Assembly (NCBI GenBank): GCA_951813565.1
Contig: OX638351.1
Coordinates: forward strand, 480,001 to 544,000
Direction: 5' to 3'
Origin: an uncultured Poribacteria bacterium
GTDB taxonomy: Bacteria > Poribacteria > WGA-4E > WGA-3G
Length of the DNA: 64,000 nucleotides
Shown here: one piece after another, positions 17,883-26,754 of the stretch
How positions within the stretch are numbered: position 1 is the stretch's first letter
Layout: every line of letters begins with the position of its first letter
Position numbers and translations under genes: made by a program
Notes under the pieces: generated by a model
Told to the model about the DNA's origin: nothing
The model's input: only the letters and a program-made list of their open reading frames with translations
Databases searched by the model: none

Positions 17883-20666
17883 CTACTTGAGGATAACCAT
17901 CTTACGGGTAGCAGTGAAATTCGCTGTCTGGAGTGAATAGAAATAGATACCACTCGCAACAGGTTCACCCGTGTTGTTTTTACCATCCCAATAGGCAGCA
18001 CTTGAGGTTGTCATGTACGAACCAACTGACTTATGTCCTAAATCCAGCGTCCGCACCAAACTACCAGAGGCACCAAAAATCTGAATCATTACGTTGGAAT
18101 CACGACTCAGTTGATAAGGTATCCAAGTTTCTGGGTTGAAGGGGTTCGGGAAGTTTTGTCCCAGAATTGTTTCCTTAGGACGCACATCGCCAACTCGCAT
18201 CTGCACACTTAGGTATGCGTTGTTAATATCCGAAGTTTGGACTGTGCGTTGGAATGGACCGGACACAACCGTGCCATTTTCGTCAATGAGTGCGATCTCA
18301 ACTTTATCGCCAGCTTCAACGACGTCTTTACGATTCAAGTCTGCCCATACAGCAGAGACGCGTTCGTTGTCGCTATCGACTTTTTGTGTTGCCACAACGC
18401 CTGTGCGGAGGTTTTTGGCAACCACAGTGTAAGACGCACCAGCTTGCATGTCTTGCAAACCGCTTGTAACGACAAACGCCCAAGCACCTTTAGAAGTGGA
18501 AAGTTTCGGTGCAGCCGCTGCTTCTTCCGCAGCCATTTCCATTTCTGCATCCATTTCCATTTCTGCTGGTGGATTTGCCCATGCTGTACCACTGAACGTT
18601 ACCGTTCCACCTGCAGGTGTATTGACGATATATCCTTTTCCACCTTCAATACCGAAATCATAGCCACCTTCAACACCAGCAACATATCCTACAAACTCTT
18701 GTGTCGCTGCATTAAGTTTGATAACAACTGTTGAACTTAACATATCAGCAAGAGATTGCGCAGTATAAGGTTCTGTTGGCATCAGTGGGACAGAAATCAT
18801 GTTCAATCCCGCTGCAAGTGTGACATCGTATGTAGGAAGAGGTGGTGGAGGCACAACGGGTTCTGGTTCCGGTTCTGGGACATAAGGTGCAACCGTTAGC
18901 ATTGCTGTCGGTTCTGTCCAAGCAAAATCTTCACCTACCTGACCAACACCAAGGATACCAGGGTGCGGTGTGATTACGCCACCTTCTGTGGGAACACGAT
19001 TATTCAAATCATCAAGATCACCCACATAGGCTGGACCGGGAATATCGGATGCGCGCTCAGTATTTTGCTCACTACCTGCATCATAAGCCGTCAAATTCAG
19101 CGTTGTTGAAATGGGCATACCGGCTTCATCAAAGAGGGCTAAGTCTGCAACTCCAACAAATGCGTCATTTGTTGAGACTAACATTGTCGCGAGGGAGAGC
19201 GAAGAGTTCATCGCATCGGCTGTCAGTACTACGGAAACAGATCCACCGGGGACAACAAACCCTTCTTGGGGTTTTAGAGCTTCAACGTTTGCGCCTGCAA
19301 CGGTTGCGAGTGCGGCGAGTCCTGAGCTATCTCCATTTTCAGCAAGGAGGACAAGCGCCTGACTGGCAGGTTTACCGACTTCGTAGACTTCGATAATACC
19401 AGCAGTGTGTGTTGCAAAGATCGGTGGTGAGAAGATTTGTCCACCCATACCCGGTTCACCAGTGGTGAGGTTAGTCAGGGTAATCTTGAACATTGTGCTT
19501 TCGGGAACAACGGTATCGGTGTCTGTATCAGTATCGGTATCAGTATCCGTGTCTGTATCGGTATCAGTATCGGTGTCTGTATCAGTATCGGTGTCTGTAT
19601 CAGTATCGGTGTCTGTATCAGTATCGGTATCGGTATCTGTATCAGTATCCGTGTCTGTATCGGTATCGGTGTCTGTATCGGTATCGGTGTCTGTATCAGT
19701 ATCCGTGTCTGTATCAGTATCGGTATCGGTATCGGTGTCTGTATCAGTATCGGTATCTGTATCAGTATCCGTGTCTGTATCAGTATCGGTGTCTGTATCA
19801 GTATCGGTATCGGTGTCTGTATCAGTATCGGTATCGGTGTCTGTATCAGTATCTGTATCAGTATCCGTGTCTGTATCAGTATCGGTGTCTGTATCAGTAT
19901 CCGTGTCTGTATCAGTATCGGTGTCTGTATCAGTATCCGTGTCTGTATCAGTATCGGTATCGGTGTCTGTATCAGTATCCGTGTCTGTATCAGTATCGGT
20001 ATCGGTGTCTGTATCAGTATCGGTGTCTGTATCAGTATCCGTGTCTGTATCGGTGTCTGTATCAGTATCCGTGTCTGTATCGGTATCAGTATCGGTGTCT
20101 GTATCAGTATCGGTGTCTGTATCAGTATCGGTGTCTGTATCGGTATCAGTATCTTCTTCCGCAGTGGGAACAGTAACCGAACCGTCTGCGGATGTGACTT
20201 CCAACTCTGTACCAATGGCATCAGAAATAAGAACATCTGTCAAGGTAATAGCGGACGCTTTTACCTCAACGACTTCAAATGTTACAGTAGCAAGCGTGCC
20301 ATCACCATCCACAGGAACCACCGGGTTGAAGGTAGTTGCTCCGATCGTAACACGGTCACCTGAAGCAGCTGGTGTAACTACAGGAAGGATAGTCGTGCCT
20401 GCTGTGGGTAGGTAGCTAGCGTTCGCAGCAGAAACATAACTGAGCGCAGTTGAATCAAAATTTACGTCTACTTGGTAACCGGCAACACCTGCGCCTCCAG
20501 CGATATTAATATTTACTGTGAGTTGTTCCCCGACTGCCGGGGATTCAATTGTAGCGGGATCAACAGAAACGGTAGCTGCACCGTAACTCATCGCAGTCCA
20601 TCCCAAACACATTACAACAGCCATCAAGGAAAGAAACATTTTCCTGTTAAAAAGCTGATTATTCAT
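17883..20666 (-). CDS. Secreted protein: cohesin domain, (DT)107 tract, Spondin_N domain, C-terminal FlgD-Ig/secretion-tail-like domain
   Basis: Cohesin-like VAGYQVDVNFDSTALSY and GDGTLATVTFEV; spondin-like FSPPIFATH, LAENGD, SLATMLVSTNDAFVG, AYDAGSEQN; tail QNFPNPFNPETWIPY...WDGKN..GEPVASGIYFY. Confidence 0.85.
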   Translation of the reverse strand: MNNQLFNRKMFLSLMAVVMCLGWTAMSYGAATVSVDPATIESPAVGEQLTVNINIAGGAGVAGYQVDVNFDSTALSYVSAANASYLPTAGTTILPVVTPAASGDRVTIGATTFNPVVPVDGDGTLATVTFEVVEVKASAITLTDVLISDAIGTELEVTSADGSVTVPTAEEDTDTDTDTDTDTDTDTDTDTDTDTDTDTDTDTDTDTDTDTDTDTDTDTDTDTDTDTDTDTDTDTDTDTDTDTDTDTDTDTDTDTDTDTDTDTDTDTDTDTDTDTDTDTDTDTDTDTDTDTDTDTDTDTDTDTDTDTDTDTDTDTDTDTDTDTDTDTDTDTDTDTDTDTDTDTDTDTDTDTDTDTDTDTDTDTDTDTDTDTDTDTDTDTDTDTDTVVPESTMFKITLTNLTTGEPGMGGQIFSPPIFATHTAGIIEVYEVGKPASQALVLLAENGDSSGLAALATVAGANVEALKPQEGFVVPGGSVSVVLTADAMNSSLSLATMLVSTNDAFVGVADLALFDEAGMPISTTLNLTAYDAGSEQNTERASDIPGPAYVGDLDDLNNRVPTEGGVITPHPGILGVGQVGEDFAWTEPTAMLTVAPYVPEPEPEPVVPPPPLPTYDVTLAAGLNMISVPLMPTEPYTAQSLADMLSSTVVIKLNAATQEFVGYVAGVEGGYDFGIEGGKGYIVNTPAGGTVTFSGTAWANPPAEMEMDAEMEMAAEEAAAAPKLSTSKGAWAFVVTSGLQDMQAGASYTVVAKNLRTGVVATQKVDSDNERVSAVWADLNRKDVVEAGDKVEIALIDENGTVVSGPFQRTVQTSDINNAYLSVQMRVGDVRPKETILGQNFPNPFNPETWIPYQLSRDSNVMIQIFGASGSLVRTLDLGHKSVGSYMTTSSAAYWDGKNNTGEPVASGIYFYSLQTANFTATRKMVILK
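19512..20153 (-). repeat. Coding tandem repeat: 107 Asp-Thr dipeptides, dominant 18-bp unit GATACTGATACAGACAC(C/G)
   Basis: 642 bp of GAYACN hexamers read directly. Confidence 0.97.
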
Positions 20667-20856
20667 ATAAACACTCCTTACAAAATTTGTTTACTATATT
20701 GTGACGTTCTCTCTACCTTTCGGCAAAGGTTTAATTTATCGTTTGAGGAGAGGGTTTATTGGAAACCTAAGGGGCATAATTGATATCTAACGTACCGCCA
20801 CTATATGCACAAAGGCGAATCGCTCAAACGTAGTTATATACTTAACAGATAAGTTT

Positions 20857-20885
20857 ATTCTAACTTAAAAACGTTGTCAAGTCAA
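20857..20885 (-). promoter_or_regulatory. Sigma70-type promoter for the cohesin/spondin gene
   Basis: TTGACT-17 bp-TAGAAT on minus strand, about 190 bp upstream of ATG 20666. Confidence 0.6.
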
Positions 20886-20971
20886 ATTAGATTTCAAATA
20901 GAACAATTCGGTAAATTAGAACAATCTATTTTAATTATACACAAATAACAAAAACAAAGCAAATTAAAAAG

Positions 20972-21360
20972 CAGGGTTATTTAGTTTTCGGTTTTTCTGC
21001 TATATTTTTCACATTTTAATATAACTAATACGTATGCAAAGTAGTAGGCACACGCCGTGTGCCGTACACCCAAAAATGTAAAGCGGACGGCACGCGGAGC
21101 GTGCCTACTATCTTTAAATCAACGCTAAGTGATACATAAGGGTAGAGCACAAGCGAAACCCGACGGACGATATAAACTAATACCAATTCCAATAAAGAAA
21201 CTCCCATTTATGAGATTGTGTAACAAATTTTTAGATGAATGTCCGAGGCGCAATAAATTGCGCGACTACAAACGCATTTTTGTTAATGAGAAGTTATTAT
21301 TTAGAAATGGTATAACAGTAATATTCATTAACTAAAAATTCTTAAAACTAAATAACCCTG
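20972..21360. mobile_element. MITE with CAGGG termini (ISAs1-like), 389 bp
   Basis: 17-bp perfect IR cagggttatttagtttt / aaaactaaataaccctg; 9-bp direct repeat attaaaaag (20963-20971, 21361-21369); contains REP doublet 21041-21110. Confidence 0.85.
21180..21312. mobile_element. IS630-type MITE nested in the 20972 element
   Basis: TA-atacca...tggta-TA, same terminal pattern as the IS630 at 4875-6030. Confidence 0.65.
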
Positions 21361-21375
21361 ATTAAAAAGTTCCTT

Positions 21376-22008
21376 TTATTCAGGCACGCGCGGCGCAAGT
21401 TGATTCCAAACATTACCTAATTCTGAAACGGCTTTATAAACAGGATAGAGTGCCTCCCACATTGCCTTACGCGCTGCAATAGCAGTGTGTTCATCACCTT
21501 CGGTAATGGCGGTTGTGAGTTGATGCCCTATCTCCTCTTGAGCCACTGCACACGTCTGTGTTAGTTCCGCAAGTCGCTGCGCCGCGTGTATTTGTTGGGT
21601 CACCAGTTCCGAAGCGGATATCTGCATATCAGGTTCTACATCATAAGCACTTGCGGGGGCAAAATTATGAGGTAACCTTTCACCGTCCGCTGTTCGTGGC
21701 GTATGTGTTGGGTGGATATGCGGCGTGACGGACAGATACATCGTCATCGGTGTGTCGCCGAGTACACGCACCTTGTGTGGTTGATCGGCTAAAGCGATAC
21801 ACATCTGCCCCGGCCCTAATTCTTCCGTTTCACCGTCAATTTCAAATTCGACGCGGCCTTCTAAAATCAGGAAGATTTCGTGTCCAAGGTCATGACTATG
21901 CAGTTGTGCACTCTGTCCGGGTTCCATCCTTAAGAAGCGGGAGCGAATCTGTGATGTTACCAGAACATTTCGAACATCTGTGCGATAATCGTAGACTGGA
22001 AATCCCAT
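21376..22008 (-). CDS. Cupin domain protein
   Basis: LHSHDLGHEIFLILEG and DQPH cupin metal motifs; ATG 22008 after GGAG. Confidence 0.85.
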   Translation of the reverse strand: MGFPVYDYRTDVRNVLVTSQIRSRFLRMEPGQSAQLHSHDLGHEIFLILEGRVEFEIDGETEELGPGQMCIALADQPHKVRVLGDTPMTMYLSVTPHIHPTHTPRTADGERLPHNFAPASAYDVEPDMQISASELVTQQIHAAQRLAELTQTCAVAQEEIGHQLTTAITEGDEHTAIAARKAMWEALYPVYKAVSELGNVWNQLAPRVPE

Positions 22009-22096
22009 TGTGCTCTCCAAATTTGCTTTTGACGTAAATTTGCCATATTTCTAAAAAAATGTCAAGTAAAATTTGACTTATGCCTTTAGATAGTAT

Positions 22097-22738
22097 TGTA
22101 GGTTGAATTTCGCAAGCTCTAACCATAGGCGTCAATTTAGTGGGCAATCTCGTCACACATTGTAGGACGGGGTCCCCGGGGAATGCCATAAGGCATTCAT
22201 ACCTGGTGAATGACTAAAGACGAATGCGCTTGGTAGAATACGCTTTTGGTATTCTACATGATTCGCCATGATTCATACTGTTGATTTCTTGATTTGGCGC
22301 ATGCTGCGTTGATTTGGCTGAATCATGCGGAATACCAAAAGCGTATTCCGCCAAAAGGCATTCATAGCGTTGATTTATGGGTTTCACAAGCTCTACCCAT
22401 AAGTGTAAACTTTAGGATACACCTTCTTGTGGGAGTGAATCAACGCAGCATGCCATACGCGCATGCTGCGTTGATTTGGATGAATGCCATACGGGGAATG
22501 CCATAAGGCATTCATACCGTTGATTTGGCGCCATTCAGCGTTGATTTGGATTAAATAGGTTGAGCCTCACAATATCGGGCTTTCAAGGTTTCCCTCCCAC
22601 AAGAGGCAATCTGGTAATTATGTGCTTAAGTTTACACCTATAAGGTTTCACAAGCTCTACCCAACCTAACAGTCTCTTCTTGTAGGAGCGAGCTCCAGCT
22701 CGCGACCGTTCGTAATATATCGCGAGCTCGCTCCTACA
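22097..22738. repeat. Composite REP/MITE region with mosaic gaatgcc/ggcattc/cgttgatttgg modules
   Basis: Several GTAG REPs (22097, 22161, 22681-22738), a 20-bp direct repeat, and short palindromic modules shared with 9846-9920, 47575-47615 and 53415-53650. Confidence 0.8.
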
Positions 22739-22803
22739 GGAAGAGGTTTTTCAAAAAGAATTTATTGGAAAACTGAATGGCTTTGTCCCTTCGGTAAATA
22801 AAT

Positions 22804-22832
22804 TTGACTTATGTTTTTAGATGATGTATAAT
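22804..22832 (+). promoter_or_regulatory. Sigma70-type promoter of the his leader/operon
   Basis: TTGACT-17 bp-TATAAT. Confidence 0.75.
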
Positions 22833-22849
22833 ATATCAGAAAATAATTT

Positions 22850-22912
22850 ATGCTTGGAAATGTTATGTCAATGCGATTTTTCTGTATTCATCATCATTCA
22901 ATCCATTCCTGA
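22850..22912 (+). CDS. Histidine leader peptide (MLGNV)MSMRFFCIHHHSIHS; alternative ATGs at 22865 and 22871
   Basis: CAT CAT CAT TCA ATC CAT near the 3' end of a short ORF directly upstream of his genes. Confidence 0.8.
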   Translation: MLGNVMSMRFFCIHHHSIHS

Positions 22913-22982
22913 GTAGGGCGGATTAGAATGGTCTGATGTTATCCCATATATCATAGTGGACACGAAGCAAGGCAACTTGCTT

Positions 22983-23066
22983 GAACCCAGTAAACTAACC
23001 GCTCTCCTCAATGCCGACTTGTCGTGCGTTGAGATTAAGGAGTTATCTGTTTACGGGTTTTTTTGT
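22983..23066 (+). terminator. Attenuator terminator hairpin of the his leader
   Basis: aaccc(a)gtaaac ... gtttacgggtt followed by a T-run, about 65 bp before ATG 23130. Confidence 0.7.
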
Positions 23067-23129
23067 TTATATGACATGTTGTGAAAACGGATAGCGAAAT
23101 CCGTTCACATTTTATTAGGAGGAACGCCT

Positions 23130-24569
23130 ATGGAAAAGTTTACCAAACCCGCTGGAACGAACGATTTTCTACCTGAACAGATGGTTCAGCGAAACTTTGT
23201 TGAAAATATCGTTCGTGAGACCTTTGAAAGCTACGGATATGCACAGATTCAGACACCGCTTTTTGAATCCTTTGCGCTTTTATCCGCGCAATCCGGTGAA
23301 GAGATACGGCACAAAATGTTTACGTTTGTCGGACCAGATCGTGTAGACTACGCGCTGAGACCTGAACTTACCGCACCTGTATGTAGAATTATTGCGAATG
23401 GAGACTTACAACATCTCCCTTATCCGTATAAGCTGTACTATATCGGACAGTGCGTACGGCAGGAACCGAAAACCGACAATCCAGAGGTTAGACGCGAATT
23501 CCGACAAGCAGGAGTAGAACTAATTGGTCCAGCATCAACGCTGGCAGATGCAGAGATTATTACAATTCCTGTCAGAATTCTTGAAAAACTCAATATTTCG
23601 AAAACGAAGTTGAAAATCGGTAATACGGGTGTATTTCGTGAAATTTTTAAACAGGTTGCGCTTGATCCGAAAGATCATAGTGAAGTTATATTGGATATTG
23701 ATCACCTTGCACGGTTACGGGTAGAAAGCCAACATTTGGGTCTGGAGACCCTTCGCGATGAACTGAATATGTTGCGGCGTTCACAAGGAACTGATTATCA
23801 AGGTGAACACAAGATAGAAATTGCCACAGTTCAAGCGTTAACAGAAAGCAACATAGCTACTTGGACAGAGAAGTTACCGATAATTGCTGAGGAAACCTAT
23901 AAAGCGAGATGGAACCGATATTTCGATATTTCTGAAGAGGTCGCACAACGTTGTATTGACGTTTCAAAGATTAGCGGTAATAAGGATAAGGTCATGGCAG
24001 CGTGGGAAAAAAGTCTCGGTGATACCGCACAGGAAGTTCGTCAAGAATTGCAGACGCTTTGCGAATGTTTGGGAAACAACAAAATTACCGACTTTGAAAT
24101 TAATTTGGGTATTACGCGCGGATTCGATTTCTATACTGGAACGGTTTTTCAGATTGAACTGTTGAAGAAAAACTTACCGATTTGCGGTGGTGGAAGATAC
24201 GATAGGTTAATTGAAAACTTTGGCGGACCATCGCTTCCAGGGGCAGGTTTCGCATTCCAATTTGATTCGCTCATAGAGGCGTTTGCTGAAGCGCAGCGCG
24301 AACCTATTCAAGCGAAAAGGGATTACTTTATTGCAGCAACATCTGCTGATCTTATCCCTGAAGCACAGCGCCTTGCTCAAACATTAAGGCATTCTGGCAA
24401 AACTGTGGAGGTAGATTTGATGGAACGCGACCTACAAGCACAGGAGGACTATGCTGCCGAAACAAATTACGATTATGTGATTAACTTAATCCCGGATCAA
24501 CCGATGCAGCGTATCGATTTGAAAACTAAAAACACAGAGGCAGTCACCCTCAAAGACCTTGATAAATGA
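23130..24569 (+). CDS. hisZ: HisRS paralogue, probably ATP phosphoribosyltransferase regulatory subunit HisZ
   Basis: LRPELTAPV, REFRQAGVELIG, RGFDFYTG, GGGRYD; lacks ERPQKGR; lies directly upstream of a short hisG, with a canonical hisS downstream. Confidence 0.75.
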   Translation: MEKFTKPAGTNDFLPEQMVQRNFVENIVRETFESYGYAQIQTPLFESFALLSAQSGEEIRHKMFTFVGPDRVDYALRPELTAPVCRIIANGDLQHLPYPYKLYYIGQCVRQEPKTDNPEVRREFRQAGVELIGPASTLADAEIITIPVRILEKLNISKTKLKIGNTGVFREIFKQVALDPKDHSEVILDIDHLARLRVESQHLGLETLRDELNMLRRSQGTDYQGEHKIEIATVQALTESNIATWTEKLPIIAEETYKARWNRYFDISEEVAQRCIDVSKISGNKDKVMAAWEKSLGDTAQEVRQELQTLCECLGNNKITDFEINLGITRGFDFYTGTVFQIELLKKNLPICGGGRYDRLIENFGGPSLPGAGFAFQFDSLIEAFAEAQREPIQAKRDYFIAATSADLIPEAQRLAQTLRHSGKTVEVDLMERDLQAQEDYAAETNYDYVINLIPDQPMQRIDLKTKNTEAVTLKDLDK

Positions 24570-24623
24570 TTATAAACGGATACGGAAAACTACGCCATAT
24601 CTTTAGAATTGAGGAAACTAATT

Positions 24624-25394
24624 ATGCAAGCAGAAAGAATATTGAATCTACTTTTGCCGAAAGGTACAATACAGTCTGAAACGCTTGAGATGTTTCAGCG
24701 TGCAGGCTATGAAATAAACGGTTACAAGTCTACTGACCGATCTTATCGTGCGACCTTTGCTAACGATAGCGGATTTCAGATAAAAATTTCACGCCCCCAA
24801 GAAATACCGGTCTATGTTGGGATGGACGATTTTTATGATTTGGGAATTACTGGGCAGGATTGGGTTGAAGAGACAGATGCCGATGTTGAGGAGATTTTGC
24901 CGTTGGAATATGGATATGTTAGTATCATCCTTGCGGTTCGCGAAGAACGGGAGGACATCAATACATTCACAGACTTGGTGAACCTCGCAGATAGAAACAT
25001 TCGTATCTCTACGGAATATCTGAACATAGCGGAGAAATATATTCTTGAAAAAACTGAAAACCGCGTGGCGCCAGCCATATTAACCCCGTGGAAACGGCTG
25101 AACACACGTGGCACTTATCAATCACCTATCATTCTTATGTTGTCTTTCGGTGCAACAGAAGGGAAACCACCTGAAGAAGCTGATGCTATCATTGATAACT
25201 GTAGCTCCGCACGTACGCTCAAGGCAAATCATCTCAAAATTATTGAAGTGCTACGAGAATCTGAATCTACGTTAATCGCGAACCCGAAGTCACTTAAGGA
25301 TCCGTGGAAACGCGAAAAGATTGATGAGTTAAAACAAACGTTAGAGAAAGGCTTACGAAGACGGAGAAGTCAGGCACTTCCCGGACACATTTAA
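24624..25394 (+). CDS. hisG: ATP phosphoribosyltransferase, short form without C-terminal regulatory domain
   Basis: LPKG, RPQEIPVYV, DLGITGQDW, ISTEY, SFGATE, DAIID; ATG 24624 after GAGGA. Confidence 0.9.
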   Translation: MQAERILNLLLPKGTIQSETLEMFQRAGYEINGYKSTDRSYRATFANDSGFQIKISRPQEIPVYVGMDDFYDLGITGQDWVEETDADVEEILPLEYGYVSIILAVREEREDINTFTDLVNLADRNIRISTEYLNIAEKYILEKTENRVAPAILTPWKRLNTRGTYQSPIILMLSFGATEGKPPEEADAIIDNCSSARTLKANHLKIIEVLRESESTLIANPKSLKDPWKREKIDELKQTLEKGLRRRRSQALPGHI

Positions 25395-25404
25395 GGAGTA
25401 AAAT

Positions 25405-26754
25405 ATGGCATCCTTTATTAAACCGCGCGTTCCGCGCGGCATGCGCGACATTTTACCTGAACAGATGATTCGTAGGCAATATGTCATAGATGTTATTCGT
25501 GATGTGTTTGAAGAGTTTGGGTTTGAACCGTTACAGACCCCTGCGATGGAATTATCTGAAGTGCTTACAGGAAAATATGGACCAGATGCAGAAAAACTGA
25601 TATATCAAGCAGGACATACGGGTGGCAAGGAGGATATTTCACTCCGCTACGACCTTTCTGTACCGCTCTGCCGAGTTGTTGCGATGTATCCACAACTGCC
25701 GAAACCTTTCAAACGCTACCAAATTGATCCTGTGTGGCGCGCAGAACGTCCGCAAAAAGGGCGCTACCGTCAATTTTTTCAGTGTGATGCAGATACCGTT
25801 GGAAGTGATAGTATGTTAGCGGACGCGGAAAATGTAAATCTCATTTATCAAGTCCTCTCACGACTCGGTTTCAAGCAATTTGAGATTAATATCAACGATA
25901 GAAAACTGATTTCAGGAATTGGGTTGTTCTCAGGTGTTCCTACAGCACAGCTTGGTGGACTCTATCGTTCTATTGATAAGCTGGATAAGATCGGGTTAGA
26001 AGGTGTCACTACAGAATTACGAGAAAATGAGATACCGGAAGATGTTATTGAAAAGTTGCTTGCGCTGCTGCAAATTGAAGGTGATGCGGCGACGGTACTC
26101 AATGAACTCAGTGTACAACTTAGGGATTTGGAGATTGCTCATGAAGGCATAACTGAATTGAAAGAATTAATCGGTTTTCTTACGACGCTTGGGGTTCCTG
26201 AAGAATGCTATAAAGTGAATGTTGCTATGGTGCGTGGATTGGAATACTATACGGGACCGATTTATGAAACGGTTGTTGAAAAGCCTAAAATCGGCAGCAT
26301 TACCGGGGGTGGTCGGTATGACGAACTCATCGGAAGTTTTAGCAAACAGAGTTTTCCCGCAACAGGTACGAGTTTTGGAATAGAGCGGATTATCGACGTT
26401 ATGGAAGAATTTGATATGTTTCCGTCTACTGTGGGGAGAACGGTAACACAAGTCCTAATGACCGTTTTTGATGACGAGTTGATGACAGAGTCACTCAAAT
26501 TGGCTACACAGCTACGTCAAGGCGGTATCCGAACAGAAGTTTATTTCCGTCCAACTAAACTCAGCACACAGATGAAATATGCCGATACGAAAGGAATACC
26601 TTATGCAGTCATCCTTGGATCAGATGAGTTAGCTGCAGATAATGCTGCTGTTCGAGATTTGGCAACCAGAGAACAAGAAAATGTTCCATTGGATAAAGTC
26701 GTTGAACGGATTAAGCAACTGATAAAACATGAAAAGAGAGGTGACGCACTTTAA
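25405..26754 (+). CDS. hisS: Histidine--tRNA ligase
   Basis: PRGMRD, LRYDLSVP, WRAERPQKGRYRQFFQCD, RGLEYYTG, GGGRYD, GIERI, anticodon-binding domain. Confidence 0.96.
   Translation: MASFIKPRVPRGMRDILPEQMIRRQYVIDVIRDVFEEFGFEPLQTPAMELSEVLTGKYGPDAEKLIYQAGHTGGKEDISLRYDLSVPLCRVVAMYPQLPKPFKRYQIDPVWRAERPQKGRYRQFFQCDADTVGSDSMLADAENVNLIYQVLSRLGFKQFEININDRKLISGIGLFSGVPTAQLGGLYRSIDKLDKIGLEGVTTELRENEIPEDVIEKLLALLQIEGDAATVLNELSVQLRDLEIAHEGITELKELIGFLTTLGVPEECYKVNVAMVRGLEYYTGPIYETVVEKPKIGSITGGGRYDELIGSFSKQSFPATGTSFGIERIIDVMEEFDMFPSTVGRTVTQVLMTVFDDELMTESLKLATQLRQGGIRTEVYFRPTKLSTQMKYADTKGIPYAVILGSDELAADNAAVRDLATREQENVPLDKVVERIKQLIKHEKRGDAL

Noticed and set aside
19405..20415. Long alternative-frame ORFs (poly-SV, CISIGV, YQYRCL, ILIQTP repeats)
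   Set aside because: Shadows of the stop-free DT hexamer tract; only the DT frame is continuous with real domains.
22180..22560. Possible CRISPR array (also 53415-53650)
   Set aside because: No constant-length repeat with unique regular spacers, modules occur in both orientations, and no cas genes are in the window.
22840..23100. T-box riboswitch upstream of hisS-like genes
   Set aside because: No T-box consensus (UGGNACC) found; the His-codon leader explains the region better.
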